DNA from: Mobula birostris
Taxonomy: Eukaryota
NCBI RefSeq assembly: GCF_030028105.1
Contig: NC_092370.1
Span: 35,660,643 to 35,724,642, forward strand
Reading direction: 5' to 3'
Length of the DNA: 64,000 nt
A program made the translations under genes and the position numbers. Below the pieces are notes generated by a model, which saw only the letters and a program-made list of their open reading frames with translations, was not told where the DNA came from and made no database searches. This document shows positions 24,960 to 39,614 of the stretch, in pieces (position 1 is the stretch's first letter; every line of letters begins with the position of its first letter).

Positions 24960-25755
24960 ACACTTAACTGCTGCTGAAACCCTCATCCATGTCCTGAGCA
25001 GTTTCAGTCTTAATTATAATTGAGTCCTAGAGAGAGACAGTGTGAAAATGGCCATTCAGTCAATTTAGTCTGTGCTGACTAGCAACCACCCATTAAATTA
25101 ATCCTATATTAATCCTATTTGTTTCTGTTTTCTCCCCATCCTAATTACTGCCTCCCCTCCAGATGGACGCTACATACCTTGCCTACACACTAGTAATTGA
25201 CAATGGCCAATTAATGCATCAATCCTCACAGATTTGGTGTCAGGGATAAAACTGGAGCACCCAAAAAAACACCAGAACACTCTATCTTTGTGTAACCCGA
25301 GCTGTCTTTGCCCCTCAATTAATGAGGTCTAGGTTACTCCAAGTCCTCGTCATACATTGCTCCACTAACTTGCTTTGCTTTGTGGTCAGGTAATCCCACA
25401 ATTTTAAAATACTTGTCTTTATTGTGAAGTCCCTCCTTAACTTCAACTACCTTACCCCACCCCTCACCTCTTAAATTCTTCCAGCCTTTAAATTATCCGT
25501 TCTCAGAAAATGCTAATCTTTTGGTCACAATTAATTACTTCACCAATGTCACGCTGCTAGTTGGCAAGGCTGTTTTGCTTATGAGTTTACCTCCTAAATC
25601 ATCATTTGTTTTTTTTTGTTGTTGTGAAGACGCAATTTTAAAAATTGGGTCATCTTGTGTAGTTTGGTTTCAGCTGTAATTTGACGGTACTCCCGCAAAA
25701 CATTGCAATAGTTTTACTGTTTTGGACTGCAGTATAAAGGGAAGTCATGTTGTTA
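24960..25755 (+). mobile_element. Old L2 LINE remnant interrupted by a minus-strand V-SINE (~25035-25275)
   Basis: GCTGCTGAAACCCTCATCCATG (AAETLIH) and an L2-like tail; V-domain reverse complement GGCCAATTAA...ACTGGAGCACCC. Confidence 0.55.
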
Positions 25756-26084
25756 AATTTGGAATGCTAATTTTGCATTTGTGTTTTGGCTAGTGTGTGA
25801 GTATCAGTGGCACTGTAATCTATTGTTAAGTGATTTATTGCTTGTGAATTAAAGCAGCAATGTCTGATCTAATTATGTGATGATGGATTCAGGTGACCAT
25901 CAGCTGCTTGTATAACATGGCAGTACAAGGTAGCAACTGTATATTGGCAGTTTGTTGGACTTGAAGCAAAAGTTATTATATTTGTATAAAAACAATTGCT
26001 GAATGTTCAATCTATCTGGGGAAGAACAGAGTTAACGTTTTAGTGTTGATGGCTTTTCAGAATTGGAAAAGAACATAGCAGCAC

Positions 26085-26290
26085 AATAGTTAAAGTACAG
26101 CACAGAAAAGGGCCCTTCAGCCCCTCTATGCAGGCCATTTGATGTTGTGCTGGCCTTTTAACCTACTCTTAAGATCAATCTAACCCTTCCCTCCAACATA
26201 GCTGCTCATTTTTCTATCGTCTGTGTGCCAATCTAAAAGTCTCTTAAATGTCCCTAACGTATCCACCTCTACCACTGCTGCTGGAGATGC
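26085..26290 (-). mobile_element. CR1 3' end fragment
   Basis: VVEVDTLGTFKRLLD plus the TACAGCACAGAAAAGGGCCCTTCAGCCC tail. Confidence 0.8.
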
Positions 26291-28262
26291 GACTGTGGAA
26301 CAATAACCTAAAAATATCAAAGGAATATTAGAAATGGTTTGCTGAAATGTGCAAACAGTTGCAGTGACCTTGTAAGAAAATCTTGTTGTTTCTGGAGCTG
26401 GGTTGGAACAGGTTGGAATGCTTTGGATCAAGTGGTCAGAATCAATGGGAAGGAGAGTTAATATGATGCTTAACTGGACTCTCCGAGTAAGTGTGAAGGC
26501 AGAACAGAGGTGATCCTCAAAGTATATTGTCTATTTGTGTTTGCTCATTGCAGTGTAAGTCAGAGCACATGATGCATACTGTATACAGTAAACTAAATTA
26601 TGGTAAACAAGCAGCATATCTTTTAAAAGCTAGATGTTGATAGAAGCCTTTTGATTCATTCTTCAAGATCCTAATTTACTTTGTTGGTACCTCCAACTAT
26701 GTGCCCTGGGTTCCATACCCTTTTATACCTGATAAAAAGTGAAAGGTTCATTTTATTTTTATTGTCAAGGTATGCATGTATAATACAACTCTGATATTCA
26801 TCTTCCCCAGGTAGCCCATGAAATACAGAAAAACCATGGGAGTTGTTGAAAAGAAAAGCCATTGCTCCCACCGACGTGAAAAAGGAACAAAACTCGCAAA
26901 CCCCAAACACCCCCATCTCCTTGCACAAAAAAAGCTAACAGATTGTCCACACCCCTAAAAAACCCTAAAGCCCCAACCCCCTCCCTCGCAAAAGAACCAG
27001 CAACAATAACATCAAATCCCCAGCCCCTTCCATGCAGGAAAAAAAACCCAGCAACGATAGCATCAAATCCCTCAGCCCCTAACAACAATATTTAAAATGA
27101 TTGTGAACTGGCATTGTTTTACTGTTTATGGAACGTGTTCCACATTCCCTCCCAGGTTTGCAGGAGCAATGCTTCCTCAGTTCTCCATGAATGGCTTAGT
27201 TTAATTTAATTTATGTACCCCTTGTCCTAGATTTCTTTGCCACCAGAAGGTTTCCTTTCTATGCAATTCCTTTCAAATATTAAAACCTCAATCAGATTAT
27301 CTTTTAACTGCCAATTATGTGGGGAATACCAGCCTAGTTTAAGTACAAGTTTATAATTTGACCTGTGAAACCCAGGATGATTTCTTTATTTTTGGGCTGT
27401 TGAGTAATGGCTTCCCACTCTGGATCTGATGGTGATGAAGAAAGCCCCTGTGGAAGCTATGTTTGATATGGTGGGTAGTTTGTGAGGTAGTGCACTCCTT
27501 CCAACAATCATTTTGAATTTCTGTGTGTTCCCAAATCATAGACGTGCGGGTCTCAATGCCACTTGTTTCCCCAATTTGATTTGTATAGTGACAGACTTTT
27601 AATGTTGTGTCTGTTCAGGAGTCAAGTGTCACACTTGCAAATTATGTCACTCGCCCACAGGATCTGATTGTGCATAGCTTGGGTGCCAATGTTGGGGCCG
27701 TTGGCTGAGGAGAGGAAATGAAATGTTGACATCCTTCCTGTGAATTTGTAGGTTTTCTTTGGAGACATTATTGGTATGCCTTGAAATGGTGTCCATTTGT
27801 GGTAGTTTGAAATCTTAATCCTTAAACATCCTTTTCCTCAGCCTGCCAGAGGCTGTGCTGGTGCACTAAGGCAAAGGGTGAATTTCTCTCCTTTTGTTTA
27901 GTGGTAGCTCTTGAGATAAGGGGAAATTGGCTGTGTTTTCCAGGGCTTTGTTGTGAAATTTTATTGTCAAAGGAGCACTATACAGAGGGGGCAGTTGTGA
28001 CTATACAGAAGAGGTCTGAATATAACCTTTACTCTCTGGAATACTTTGTAATCACTTGAGGCTTGGTCTCTGAATAGGTACATACGGAAGTGACGGCCAC
28101 ACACTGTGGCCCAGCCATTAAGGCGAATGTGTTTTTCACCGTAAGGCACACGGGCAGAATGAGGCCATTCAGCCCATTGGGTCTGCTCTGCCATTTCATC
28201 ATGGTTGATACTCCATTCTCCCGCCTTTTCCCCATAGGAGTGTCAGCAAAATAAGTAGAGTA

Positions 28263-28887
28263 ATTATTCCAAAGAGCACAGTTAATTTGTTAGGTTGTAA
28301 ATTAATTTTAAGTTCTTTAGAAAATGTAGGAAAAACTGACTTCCAGAACTGTTTCAGTATAGAACAGGACCGAAACATGTGTCAGTATAGCTGTCTCTGT
28401 TTTACATCTATCGCAATAACTATGGACATCAGGAAACATTTTAGATAATCTCTCCATCAAGTAGTAACAATGTACAATTTGAAATTGAATCAGTGAATGA
28501 TTAGCACAAATCGAAGAAGAGTTAACCAACTTCAGAATCCGCGTCCAGTCTTCCGTCATAAAAGTCAAATTAAGTTCCTTTTCCCAATCTTGTTTAATCT
28601 TAAATAAAGGATGCTTATCCCATTGTTATAGTAAATTATAAGTTCTTCCAATGGAACCCTTCATCAAAGGGTTCATACTTGTAATAGTATCTTTAGAAGC
28701 TTTTTGTATGACGCTTGGCTCTGGGGTTGAACACCTAATGGGTTTTTTTCCTCACTTTTTCGTAGTAGGGTTTTTTCCCTTGTCACCAAAATTTTTTCAA
28801 TCTTTAAAACATGTTTTTTTTTCTTGAGTGTTGCCTACTACGATGTACTTTGTTATTTTTGGATAATAATAAAAAAGATTTGGAACA
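28263..28887 (+). mobile_element. L1-clade LINE with 5' inversion and 15-bp TSD
   Basis: AAAATAAGTAGAGTA at 28248-28262 and 28888-28902. ORF2 zinc knuckle (CDRCK...LTH) is on the minus strand; the 3'UTR with AATAAAAAAGA is on +. Confidence 0.85.
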
Positions 28888-29693
28888 AAAATAAGTAGAG
28901 TAGGTTATTTATAAGTGGGGTGGTCTTGTGGATTTGTCCCAATCTAACAGGACACTTAGAGAGGTGTAGCTCATGTATTTGGGCCATGTGTATGTATCTA
29001 TTTGCTGTTGCTTTCTCTAGCTCTTTGTAACTTAATTAATATTAGATCAGTCCTTTTTAGATCTCCTCATATTTATCTGTACTGAAGCCCATTTGTTCAC
29101 CTTTCAGCTATTCAATCAATTATTGCCTCTGCTTTTATGCCTTGATATACACTACTGATAATGCCACCGACTTCTGTCTCATAGATAAACTTGGATATAG
29201 GATTTCCTGTGTTGTTAGGCAAGTTAGTACTAAATATAGTGAATCGTTGAGCAGCAGCACAATTTTTGGTTGGACATTGAAGGTTACTTGCTGCCTATTC
29301 AAATACATTGTCATTCCTTATTTTGCCTCTTAACTCGGTCAATAATTTGCTTCAGTTCCATGAGCTTTAATTTTAACTGTCTCTTGCATGGAACCTTCTG
29401 GAACCACATTCATATGTATCCCCTCTTCTATTTATTTCCCCTTAAAAATAATTTAGGTTCGTTAGACATGACCTACCCTTTATAAATCCTTGTTGGCTCT
29501 CTCTCTCTAATCAGCTCAAATTACAGCTAAGTGCTCATTCAGTCTGTCCTTAATTACAGATTTCGATAACTTCCTACAACAGATGTTAGACTAACAGGTC
29601 TCTAATTTCATGGTTCTTTGCTCTCACTATCTCTCACTCCCTTCCTTCAAGATGATTCCTATGTGTCTGTTTGGTTAGTGGCTTCGGATTATT

Positions 29694-30600
29694 CAAGTCC
29701 AAGCCTAATTGTCATTTAACCATACATGAGTACCCATGAATACAGTCAGATCAAACAGCTTTACTCAGGGGGCCAAGAAGCAAAACACAGTGCCACCAGT
29801 TATACACAGCACAAGGCATAAGATAGCAAGCACATATAAGATGGCAGTAAAACATGGTTACTCAAAAAAAAATATAGCCCCAGTTTGTGAATGTTGCAGC
29901 AGTCTGCAGTCAAACACAATACAACTCATCTTCTGCCAAGTGGATACTGTGGTGGGGGTGGGGGGGAGGATATCGCTTTCTCCAGCATGGAAGCTGTGCC
30001 ACACCACATCTGGCACTCCAACTGAGTGCCTGACTCTGGCACCTCCCCCTGAGTGGCTGCACACAGGCTTGAGGCCTAGTCATTGCTATGACTGAAGCCA
30101 CACAGCTCCCCCATCTGCTAATAAACCAATGAATTGGGTTTGCGATATTTCAAATTTCTAGTGTCCGACGGGGTCTTGCAATCACAAGACAAGTGACTAT
30201 GATGATTATTTGCTGTAAGAGTGGGTGGCTACAAACATATGACACCGTGGCTTGAGGCCTACTTGTTGCTATGACTGAGGCCACACAGCATTCCCCCCCC
30301 CCCCCCCCGCTGTTTGCCAATAAGCCCATGGATTGGACTTGCAACGTTCCACACCAGCAATGTTCAACAGGGTTTTGTGATCACAAGGAAAGCCACTAAG
30401 ATGATCATTCACTGTAAAACTACACACCTACACACTCACTTCACACAGGTGCACCTCTGCCGTAGGCAGCATCACGGTCCACACCAAGTTCAGCTCCTTC
30501 AGCTTCTCCACCAGCAATCAACTCACTGGTGGGGTAGACTTGCAGTTAATGTGCAGCAGGGTCTTGCCATCATAAAAATAGGTTTAAAAAAGACAACAAC
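29694..30600 (-). mobile_element. Unclassified retroposon-like repeat with internal ~180-bp duplication
   Basis: LINE-like tail at the left (CAAGTCCAAG...ATTGTCATT). GGCTTGAGGCCTA...GCTATGACTGA.GCCACACAGC occurs at ~30066 and ~30249. Confidence 0.45.
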
Positions 30601-33464
30601 ATAATGTAATGAATTTAATATCAAAATTTGACCATGTCATGACTATTTCTGAAGTTCCATTTCCCAGGGAATGTGATAACAGATTATTCTTTTAGTCATT
30701 TGTAAGTTGCTTGGTTAGTTCATAGTTCATCAGTAGTTGCTGTCTGCAAATATGACTTCTAGATCCCTGTCCTTATTTAACTGATTGGAACATTAATTAA
30801 TCCAGGTGATCTGGAAAGTAGTTGATATTTCACATAGTCATGAAGTTTCAAATGAAGTTTGTTATATTTTTTGGGGAGTTATCTGAGGCTAAACTGATTT
30901 CCTATCTTTAGGTTAAAAACACTTTTATGTCTCTCTGAACAAAGGTATCATTAATCATAGATCTACGTTATATTTCAGATGTTAGTTGCTATGTCTTTGT
31001 GATCCTGCACTACTGTTCATGATGACCCTTTAGATCTTTATGTTAGCTTCCTTTGTCAATCTCTTGTAACAGGCTACCTCCATAGAGATTCAATGAGCTG
31101 CAGATTTTTTTTCCCCCAGTCGTGAAGTGAACAATACAAATGATGGTGAAACAATAAACTGTTTTGAATTATGAACAGTGTTTTTCATTGCTTGGCTCTG
31201 TACTTGGACAGCTGATGCCATAGGAGAATAGTTTTGTACCTTTGAGTGCACTAGACCTATAGCATGTGTGTATCCAGATAGGGGAATGGTTTTCTTGTCT
31301 TGACTATTACATGACACAACTTGACACAAGTGATTGAAAGGTCTTTAAGCATGATTCCTGAGATCTAGATATGAACATAGGTAGAAATACGCATATTGCA
31401 CTGCTAGTGAACTACGAATTCCTTGTTTGTTTCAGGACATGGGCAAATCTGGTTGGGAGTTACTTTTCCTTTTCCCAAAGGATTTTTATTTCTCCTTTAA
31501 CTGACCTCCTTTGAGAGATTTGTTGCTGCAGATAAGTTGACCATACCTTCCTTTGAGGATGTATTTTGCAGTAAAAGATTAATAGAATGATTACAAAATG
31601 TAGAAATGTATTCTCCATCTTGTGGTTCACAGCCACTGTCAGGATACAGCATTTCAATTGCGCACACACACTGATTAACTCCCGTGTGATTTTTGTTTAG
31701 ATACTGATTTAATTAGGCACCATACCACCTTTGCTTATTTCTATGGAAACCTTTTCCTTATTCCAATATTTCATTAGTTCCATTTTGCACGCTTTCATTT
31801 TAACAAGTAAAAATGGAAGTTGAATTTTTGTCTGCTTAGTAAAATAGTTTAGTTGTAAAATAAATCACACTATTGATTTTGTGCTGAAGAGAAATAATGT
31901 GGATTTTCTTAAAATTGTTTTCATTTGCTCAGACCATTCCAAAGCTTTACAGAATCAATGAGCTGTTTTAAAGGGCGCTTACATATCCTTCACTTATATA
32001 TATCAGAAAAACTTAGTTAACTAATTATGATTAATAACTGGTATACAAGGGAGAGCAGATTTCAGCTGCAATTTTGCTTTTGATTTGCTGCTGTGTGATA
32101 TTCTTGGCAACTACTCAGTACATTGATATAATACTCCTAGTTTTGGAATTTTACTGCCTGCTTGAATAATCCAAAGGAATGAAAGCAAACCTGGGATTTA
32201 TAAGGGGAAAATTCATGGTTTTCCTCATGTGCAATTTTCTTTAGGAATTAATTGTAATGATTTGCAGCAAAAGTTTCTATTTTTGGTCGTCGTTGTGATG
32301 TCAAGAACGTTGTGTCTTGTTTGGTGAATAGATAAAATACATTAACAAGTTAGAACACATTCCATTTAATCTTTATTTGTGTAGTTTCAGTCTTTTAAAT
32401 TAATAAATTCATTATGCAGAAGATATTCTAAAATAGTTTACTGTGGAGAGTTGTAGTTTACCAATGCAGCAAGATAAAAATGAGTGTACTTGACTGAGCT
32501 TACTAAGGCGCAAGGCTGGCACTGCCAGTCGCCCATAATGAAAGCAGGTAGCGTACTTTAATGTAAGCTTCCTCTTGCTTTATGAGGAAGGTCTATCATT
32601 GGCAGTTAGCCCAGTGTGTATTGGCAAGTCGAACTGGATGAATACCAGCAGAATCCAGCAACAGTGGTGGGGGGTGGAAAGTTTAACAGATGCCTTGTGC
32701 ATAAGCACAGCTTCTTGTAGGTTTAGGTTATTGACAGGGCAAAACTAATAGAATGGAGGGGCCAATGTGAGGGTGGGGCAGTGGGAATTGCGAAGCAGAA
32801 TGATGCAATTCTTTAGTCAGTTTCATGGTGTTTGCAGTTGTTTTTGTTTGAGGAATAAAACCTCTGGGGTAAAGGTGGCATCTCAACGTGTTTAAAACTG
32901 TTTGTCCTTGACACTTTCTCGAACATTAGCTACAAAATGATTTTTTAAGTCCTTTTATACAATCCAAAATTTAAGGTTCATTTCCAGCATGAATGATTAC
33001 TATTTTCACTGTCTAGGTAGCCCATTATTCACTCAAGCAACACTTCAAAATGACTGGATCTCATTGCCTTTTTGGCAGACTGCAGAAGGAATTTGTACAT
33101 TGGATCAGTGGTCTTTTAGGGTTCATGTTCCTAATTGGAACACTCTTTCAAAGCACAAACACAGTAAAATAGCCCAAAGGGTGCCTTGCCGTAAAGATTT
33201 TATAATGGTATAACAATGTTACAAATGCTCTAACAAAAGATCTTCCTCACTCTTTAAAGATGGCGTGTCTACACCAAATGATCTGAATTTCACCTGCCCC
33301 AACAGATGTGACTAGGTATAACAAGCACAGCTTCCATTTCTGCAGCTGCTTTATTGTAGCTGAAGGTGCTTCTTACAAGTCAAATACTTGAGGAAAAAGC
33401 TGCAAGGAATGCAAGGTAATCCTTGTATTATAGTCATGCACTCTGACGGAGGGAGTAAAGGCAT

Positions 33465-34215
33465 TGACTATTTTATGAATGGGGAGCGAATTCATAAATT
33501 GGAATTACAAAGACACTTGGGAGACCTAGTGTAGGGTTCTCTAAAAGTTAACTTGCAGGTTGAGTCAATAGGAAGGAAGGCAAATGCAGAGTCAGCATTC
33601 ATTTTGTGAGGACTAAAATATAAAAGCTAAGATGACCAAGTAATGCTTTATAAGGCATTGGTACTACCATTGAAGTACTGTGAGCAGTTTTGGGGCTCAG
33701 AATCTAAGAAGAGGTCTGCTGACGTTGGAGAGGGTCTAGAGGATTTTACAAAAATTATCCAGGGAATGAAAGGATGAATGTATGGGGAGTCTTTGGCTCT
33801 GGGCCTGTACTCGCTGGAGTTTAGAAGAATGAGAGGGGATCTCCTTGAGACCTATTGAATCTTGAAAGGCTTGCATAGAATGTATGTAGTGAGGATGTTC
33901 CCAGCAGTGGGGAGGTGGGGTCCGAGACCAGAGGACACAACCTTGGAATAAAAGCATATCACTGTGGGGCACAGATGAGGAAATTCTTTAGGGTAGTGAA
34001 TCTGTGGAATTCATTGCCACAGATGGCTGTAGAGGTTAAGTCATTGGGTATATTTAAAGCGGAAATTGATGAGTTCTTTTCAGTAAGTACTTCAGAAGTT
34101 ACAAGGGGAAGGCAAGAGAAAGGAGTTGGAAGGGATACTAAATTAGTCATGATTTAGGCTGGGAAGACTTGATGGGCAGAATGGCCTAAATATGCTCCTT
34201 GTTATTATGGTGAAA
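33465..34215 (+). mobile_element. CR1 3' fragment
   Basis: RVVNLWNSLPQ..SLGIFKAEID; GATGGGCAGAATGGCCT...TTATGG tail. Confidence 0.9.
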
Positions 34216-35264
34216 GGATTAATGAACAACTTAAAGATAGGGAGGGAAGATAAAAGAACACATTGGTTTGGGTGGGTGGGAGCTCTAGAGCTTGCAACTG
34301 AAGGCGTTCGGGCAAATGGTAGAGTGGAGAAAATTGGTAAAGTGCAAGTGGGTGGAGTTGGAGGAGTAGGTTGTGTTGATAAGGAGAGGTAAGGGCATTG
34401 ACAGGCTTGTTAAACAAGGAATGTGATTTTAAAATTGAGGTGTAGCCTGAGCCTGTGTAATATCAGTGATTGTAGAAGTGACAAAGGAACAAGATGGGAC
34501 GAAGCAGCAGACTTTGAGAAGTGTTCCAGTCTGTAATGTGGAGCGAGCTTACGAAGTATTGGGGACCAGAGGTAGGCAAGGTATTGAAGGCTTTGTCCAG
34601 CAAATAAATTAAGATGATGGCTATGTTATAGGAGCTGGAAGAAAGCAGTCTTGATGATTGAGCAGATATATGGTTCTGATGTTCTCCGTTGGCTCAGCCA
34701 GGAAATAAAGGTTAAACTCTATCTGGTTTAGTCTCTAATAGTAACTGGAAGAAAGGAATAGAGATAATTAATACAATAGGTTTCATGGTGGAAATTAGAG
34801 GCAAGGAGTTCAGTTTTCCCAGATTAGAAAGTTCCTGCTTATTAATTACCAGATGCCGGATAAGTAGCTTGAGAAATGGTATACAGGAGAGGACTGAATT
34901 TTGAGAAAGATCGATGTATATGTGGTGCCCAATCTGTTACATAATGTTGCTGAGAGCAGAATTTAGGTTACAGAAGACATTTATTATCACTGCCTTATAT
35001 TTTAATGAAACTCAGAAGGAAATTATTGTGGAGTATTTGTATAATGTATTTTGTGAAAGGGAGCCATCAATACTCTACCACACCTGTTGGTATTTCGTGC
35101 ACGGGACCTGATATTATGGGTTACTGCTTCTGAGGTTGCAAGGGATATTCTGAGGGAGTAAAACCTTGGTTAGTATAATAAAAAGCGGCCTGTCAGGTAC
35201 CAGCTCACCTTTCGGAGTGAAGCCAGTCGTGAGTAGGGCAGCAAGATCAGGATGAGAGAGAATT

Positions 35265-36075
35265 TGGCCGGATAAATTAGCTCGTTATTACTCCCATATA
35301 AATCCCGTATGTGATAGATGCCACTCTTGAGATAGCTTCTTTAACGTATGTTTTGGTCGTGTCCTTTTTTTGAAAAAATACTGGAAAGATATCTTTGATA
35401 TTATTTCAACTGTTCTGAGTATTGATTTACACCCTCACCCTATTACTGCAATTTTTGGTTTACCAATGATAGAACCAAATCATTTAACCTCTTCAGCTCG
35501 TTGGTTGATTACATTTCTTACATTAATGGCTAGAAGATCCATTTTGCTGAATTGAAAAGAGATCAATCCTTCCACCACATTTCATTGGTTCTCTCAAACT
35601 TTGCTGTGTTTAAATTTAGAAAAAATTAGAAGTGTCATTTATGATCCTTCTATTAATTTCGTAAAGACTTGGAGGCCATTTATTCAACACTTCTATCTGA
35701 TGTAATTTGACCTTTTCCATACCTATTCTATTTCTTTTAAAGATGTGCAGAGAGGAGCGGAGTCAATGACGCTAATGGTTCTTTTTGACGTCTTGTCTTT
35801 TCTTTTCCTTAGTTGGTTAGTATTGTTTAGCTTAGCTTTTTGGGGGGGGTATTTTTATTATTTTTTTCCTTTTTCATGCTATTTCTGTTTTTTTTTGTAT
35901 ATTATATCCATATTTTGTACGATTTTGGGAGGTTTAATACCTGTGCGCCAATTGAGTTTATATTTATATATGTTAATTATTAACAATGTAATCCCAATAG
36001 CTTTGTATTAATACAATGTTATGTTTATCATTTTAATATTAATAAAAAGATTGAAAAAGAAAGAGAAAGAAAGAA
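35265..36075 (+). mobile_element. L1-clade LINE 3' fragment
   Basis: CDRC..(H/Y)MFWSCP..KYWK zinc-knuckle region, T-rich UTR, AATAAAAAGATTG(AAAG)n tail. Confidence 0.85.
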
Positions 36076-38544
36076 TAAACTGTGGATGCTTTTGTTTCCA
36101 GGGAAGAATCATCTAGAAAAATATGACAATTAAAGTAGAAGATCCTTAGTAGTGTCGAAAGATTTTGGCTTTGGATTGATCCCAAGCCATTTTTGTCATG
36201 AGCAGTAAAAGAAAGATTTACTGAAGAACTTTTGCAATGCAAAATAATAATTAATGATAGTTTTACTGATGCCTTTCTGCTATGAAGTGCGAGTAGGTAC
36301 AGGATAGGGCAGGTGGAGTGGTGCAGGGTTTCCAGGAGAAAATGTTTTAGAGTAAACTTTCCTTTATTTTTACTGTTACCAGCATTTACAATATAATTTT
36401 GCACATAGCTTAGACCAATCTAAAATAATATGGCCATGTTGGAGAAATAATCAATGCCATTAAAATGCAGATGCTTTGATAGAATTTTTGAGGAGCCATA
36501 CTTTTGAAAATGATACCTTTTTTTTAAACTTAACCTAATTCAGTGTGAAACCTCAACTTCACCTTTTTTGCCTCCACAAATCCTGTTCGACCCACTGACT
36601 TAGTCCATGTTCTGTTTCTGTTTCAGATTGCAGCATCTGCACTTTGTTTCAGATTCCAGCAGTTTGCCTTTAAATTTTTAACTTTAATCTGATTTTTGTT
36701 GAAAACAATTAGACATCAATCAATATAACAGAATCTCTTTGATTGCTCCCTTGTTCTGTGAATTATATTGAGTGCTTCAGAACTGAGTGTCACTGACTGA
36801 AGTCTGTTGCTGTATAACAGCAGTACAATGCAGAGACATAAAAGCTATAAATTTCAAAATAAGTAAAGAGTGCAAATCAAGCATTAATGAGATAATGCTC
36901 AAGGGTTCAGGGTCTGCTCAGAAAACTGGAGAGTTCCTAAGGCTGTTCCTAAATCATTGAGTGCAAGTTTTTGGGCTCTTGTTTCTCCTGCTCAATAGGA
37001 GTAACAAAAGAGGGCCAAGTACCGACATTAACATTTTCATATGACATGGAGTTAGTGTGAGAATAACTACAGCAATCTTGCTGTAATTGCATGCTAGACA
37101 GCTTCTTGCCTGATCAGAGAAGTTACTGGTGGCATGATTTCAAATTGGTCTGAATTTTTGTTTAGAAATGAAGTTTATGTATTCAAATCTTTGGAGGCTT
37201 GTAACAGGATTTCTTGTCTAAAAATGTTCGCTTTATAATAAAATTCTGAGTTTATTTTGGAGATCGTGCTATTGCAATAACTTCATACCACATATTTGGA
37301 GAGTGTTCAGTTGCACTACAAATGAGCCATTCATGTTACCATTGCAATGTTAATCTGTACAATAAGTTAGATACTAATGTGTGTGTTATAATTTCTATAA
37401 TTATCTTTCAAAGAAATGTGTTTAATTTGTGGTTGTTTATGTAAAAAAAACTAGTCATCATGTGTTTTCTTGACTGATGAAATTATATTTTTGACAGACT
37501 GTACTGGCTGGCATTGATGGTTGTGGTCAGAAAAGTGGTCTTTGTGAAAAGTACACCTGGTTATTTTTAGGAAACCAGCTTCCTATCTATTGACGTTCGT
37601 TAATCCTGAACAAGATTATTAGTGCTAGGCCCTGGCACTGGCAGATCTCTCTTTGACCTCCTATGAATGGCAGACAAGTGTCTGAACTAGGGTGTTGATA
37701 AGTTAATTTCTGGAAGACAACTGATCCAAACTTGGTTGGGAAATCATTACTGCACCTCATGTTGAAAATGTATATCAAGGGATCAGAGCTGTTGAACTGC
37801 TGTGACCATCTGAACTGTTGAGAGCTGAATCTGAGACTTCCTGAACAGCAACTACTCAAATACATTGCTCTAGCAAGGATCTCCTGAAACCTGACCGATA
37901 TATTTGTGGTTGTAAATCACCTTTGTACATCTGTCAAGATTCAGTCTAAACTACACACAGATTTCAGTCTCAACATGTTCAGATTTTATCATTACTAGTT
38001 TAAGATCCTCTTGGAGATTTGCATGTTTCTCATTGAGACTACTGCTTCCTATTTTGGTATCTTGGATTTTCTAACTCAAATTTTTCATTTGGCATTAAAA
38101 TTACAAGTTACAACATTATCAGTGGTATGTATGATCATCATCCTCGATCTCATTCTGATTGAAAAATACTGTGCTTTGTGTAGTTATTCCTTTCAGGGAG
38201 GGTGGGATTGCCAAGGAAACTTGCTTTTGTTGGACTATTGTTTGGTTTATCATGCCACTGAAGTTGCAAAGGAGAAGAATGTTTCAATTCTGATATGCTT
38301 TCTTCCTTCACTTTTACCCACATTTTTTTTAAAGAAGTTTTTCAGTATTCCTCGTCTGTGTGGTCCAAATATGTTAACTGTCTTTAACTGCAAGTGAATA
38401 TAATTAACTCGCTATATAATTCTCATCTACTGAAAACATTTGAGATCAGTTATCCAGATTTGATCTGTCACAACAAAAGGTGGAAAACATTGATTTTTCT
38501 TTTCCAAACTTTGGCTCTTTCACCAACAACTCCTACAGAGAGGA

Positions 38545-39178
38545 GGTGGAGAAGATTGAGGCTTGTCAACAAGACAAAGGAGATGGTTGTGGACTTCAGG
38601 AGAACTGGCACCACTCACACCCCTCTACATCAGCAGCATAGCAGTGGAACGTGCAGGCAGTTTCAAACTCCTGGGTGTGCACATCTTCTACAACCTTTCA
38701 TGGTCGTAGAACACGTCCTACACAATCACAAAAGCTCAGCAACGCCTTTACCTTCTGTGGAGTATGAAGAGAGATGGAAAATATGTAATATACCACTATC
38801 ACTCTGCTCATTGACAGTTTGTCCCACTTCCATCAGGAAGCGGTGTCATATCCACACCAGGACCTCCAACATCAAAAACAGTTTATTTTCCCAAGCAATA
38901 AGGCTGATTAACATCTCCACCACTAACCCAACCCACCACACTGCCCCACCACCATTGCTTTATAATCTCTTGTCAGAGTTGCCGTATGTAGAAACATCCC
39001 GCATCACCTTATGTACATACGATCAATAAGCTATCTGATGTATTTATTGCTATTTTATTATTGTGTTCTTTATCCTGTTGTTTTTTTTTGTGCTGCATCG
39101 GGTCCAGAGTAACAACTATTCCACTTTCCTTTACACTTCTGTGTACTAGAAATTACATTAAACATACTTGAATCTTTT
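38545..39178 (+). mobile_element. Rex1/Babar-like LINE 3' fragment
   Basis: VNKTKEMVVDFRR, FKLLGV, KNS.F.QAIRL; ATTAAA...TTGAATC tail. Confidence 0.85.
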
Positions 39179-39614
39179 GATGTTTTCTGGTGTGAAAATA
39201 AATGATATATGTAGCGTTCAATGGCTTGTGCATGGGTACGTAGAGTGATTGGTCTCTTGTTATGGTTATACAGTTGTTCTCCCCCTGTTATCTGTCAGAG
39301 CCAGGGATTCTCCGCTGGGAAGTTCAGGTATGTGAAGAGAAGAAGAGATATTTTTCCAGCTTTACTTAAGTTGGAAATCTTTGTAGTGATTGTTCTGTTT
39401 GGTAGGTTCTTTGCAATGTTTGTTTTGAAACTCCAGGAGCCCGGGCCTTAATCAGCCATATTTTCTTCTCTATAAAGAGGCATTATTTATTGTTTGAAAA
39501 ATGGTTAATGTTTTCTTTTGTCTTTGACCTGAGATGTTAATTGTCTCTCTTTCCATAAATGCTGTCTCATCTGCATTTTTCATTTAGCATTTTCTGTTTT
39601 CCAGCATTTTTAAT

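Noticed and set aside
38011-39029. Adjacent 128-aa and 211-aa ORFs like an operon
   Set aside because: The second is a frame-shifted Rex1 fragment; the first has no recognisable features.
39274-39333. Possible 27/54-nt micro-exon ending CAG|GTATGT
   Set aside because: Such signals occur by chance in 64 kb; peptide unrecognised and no independent support.
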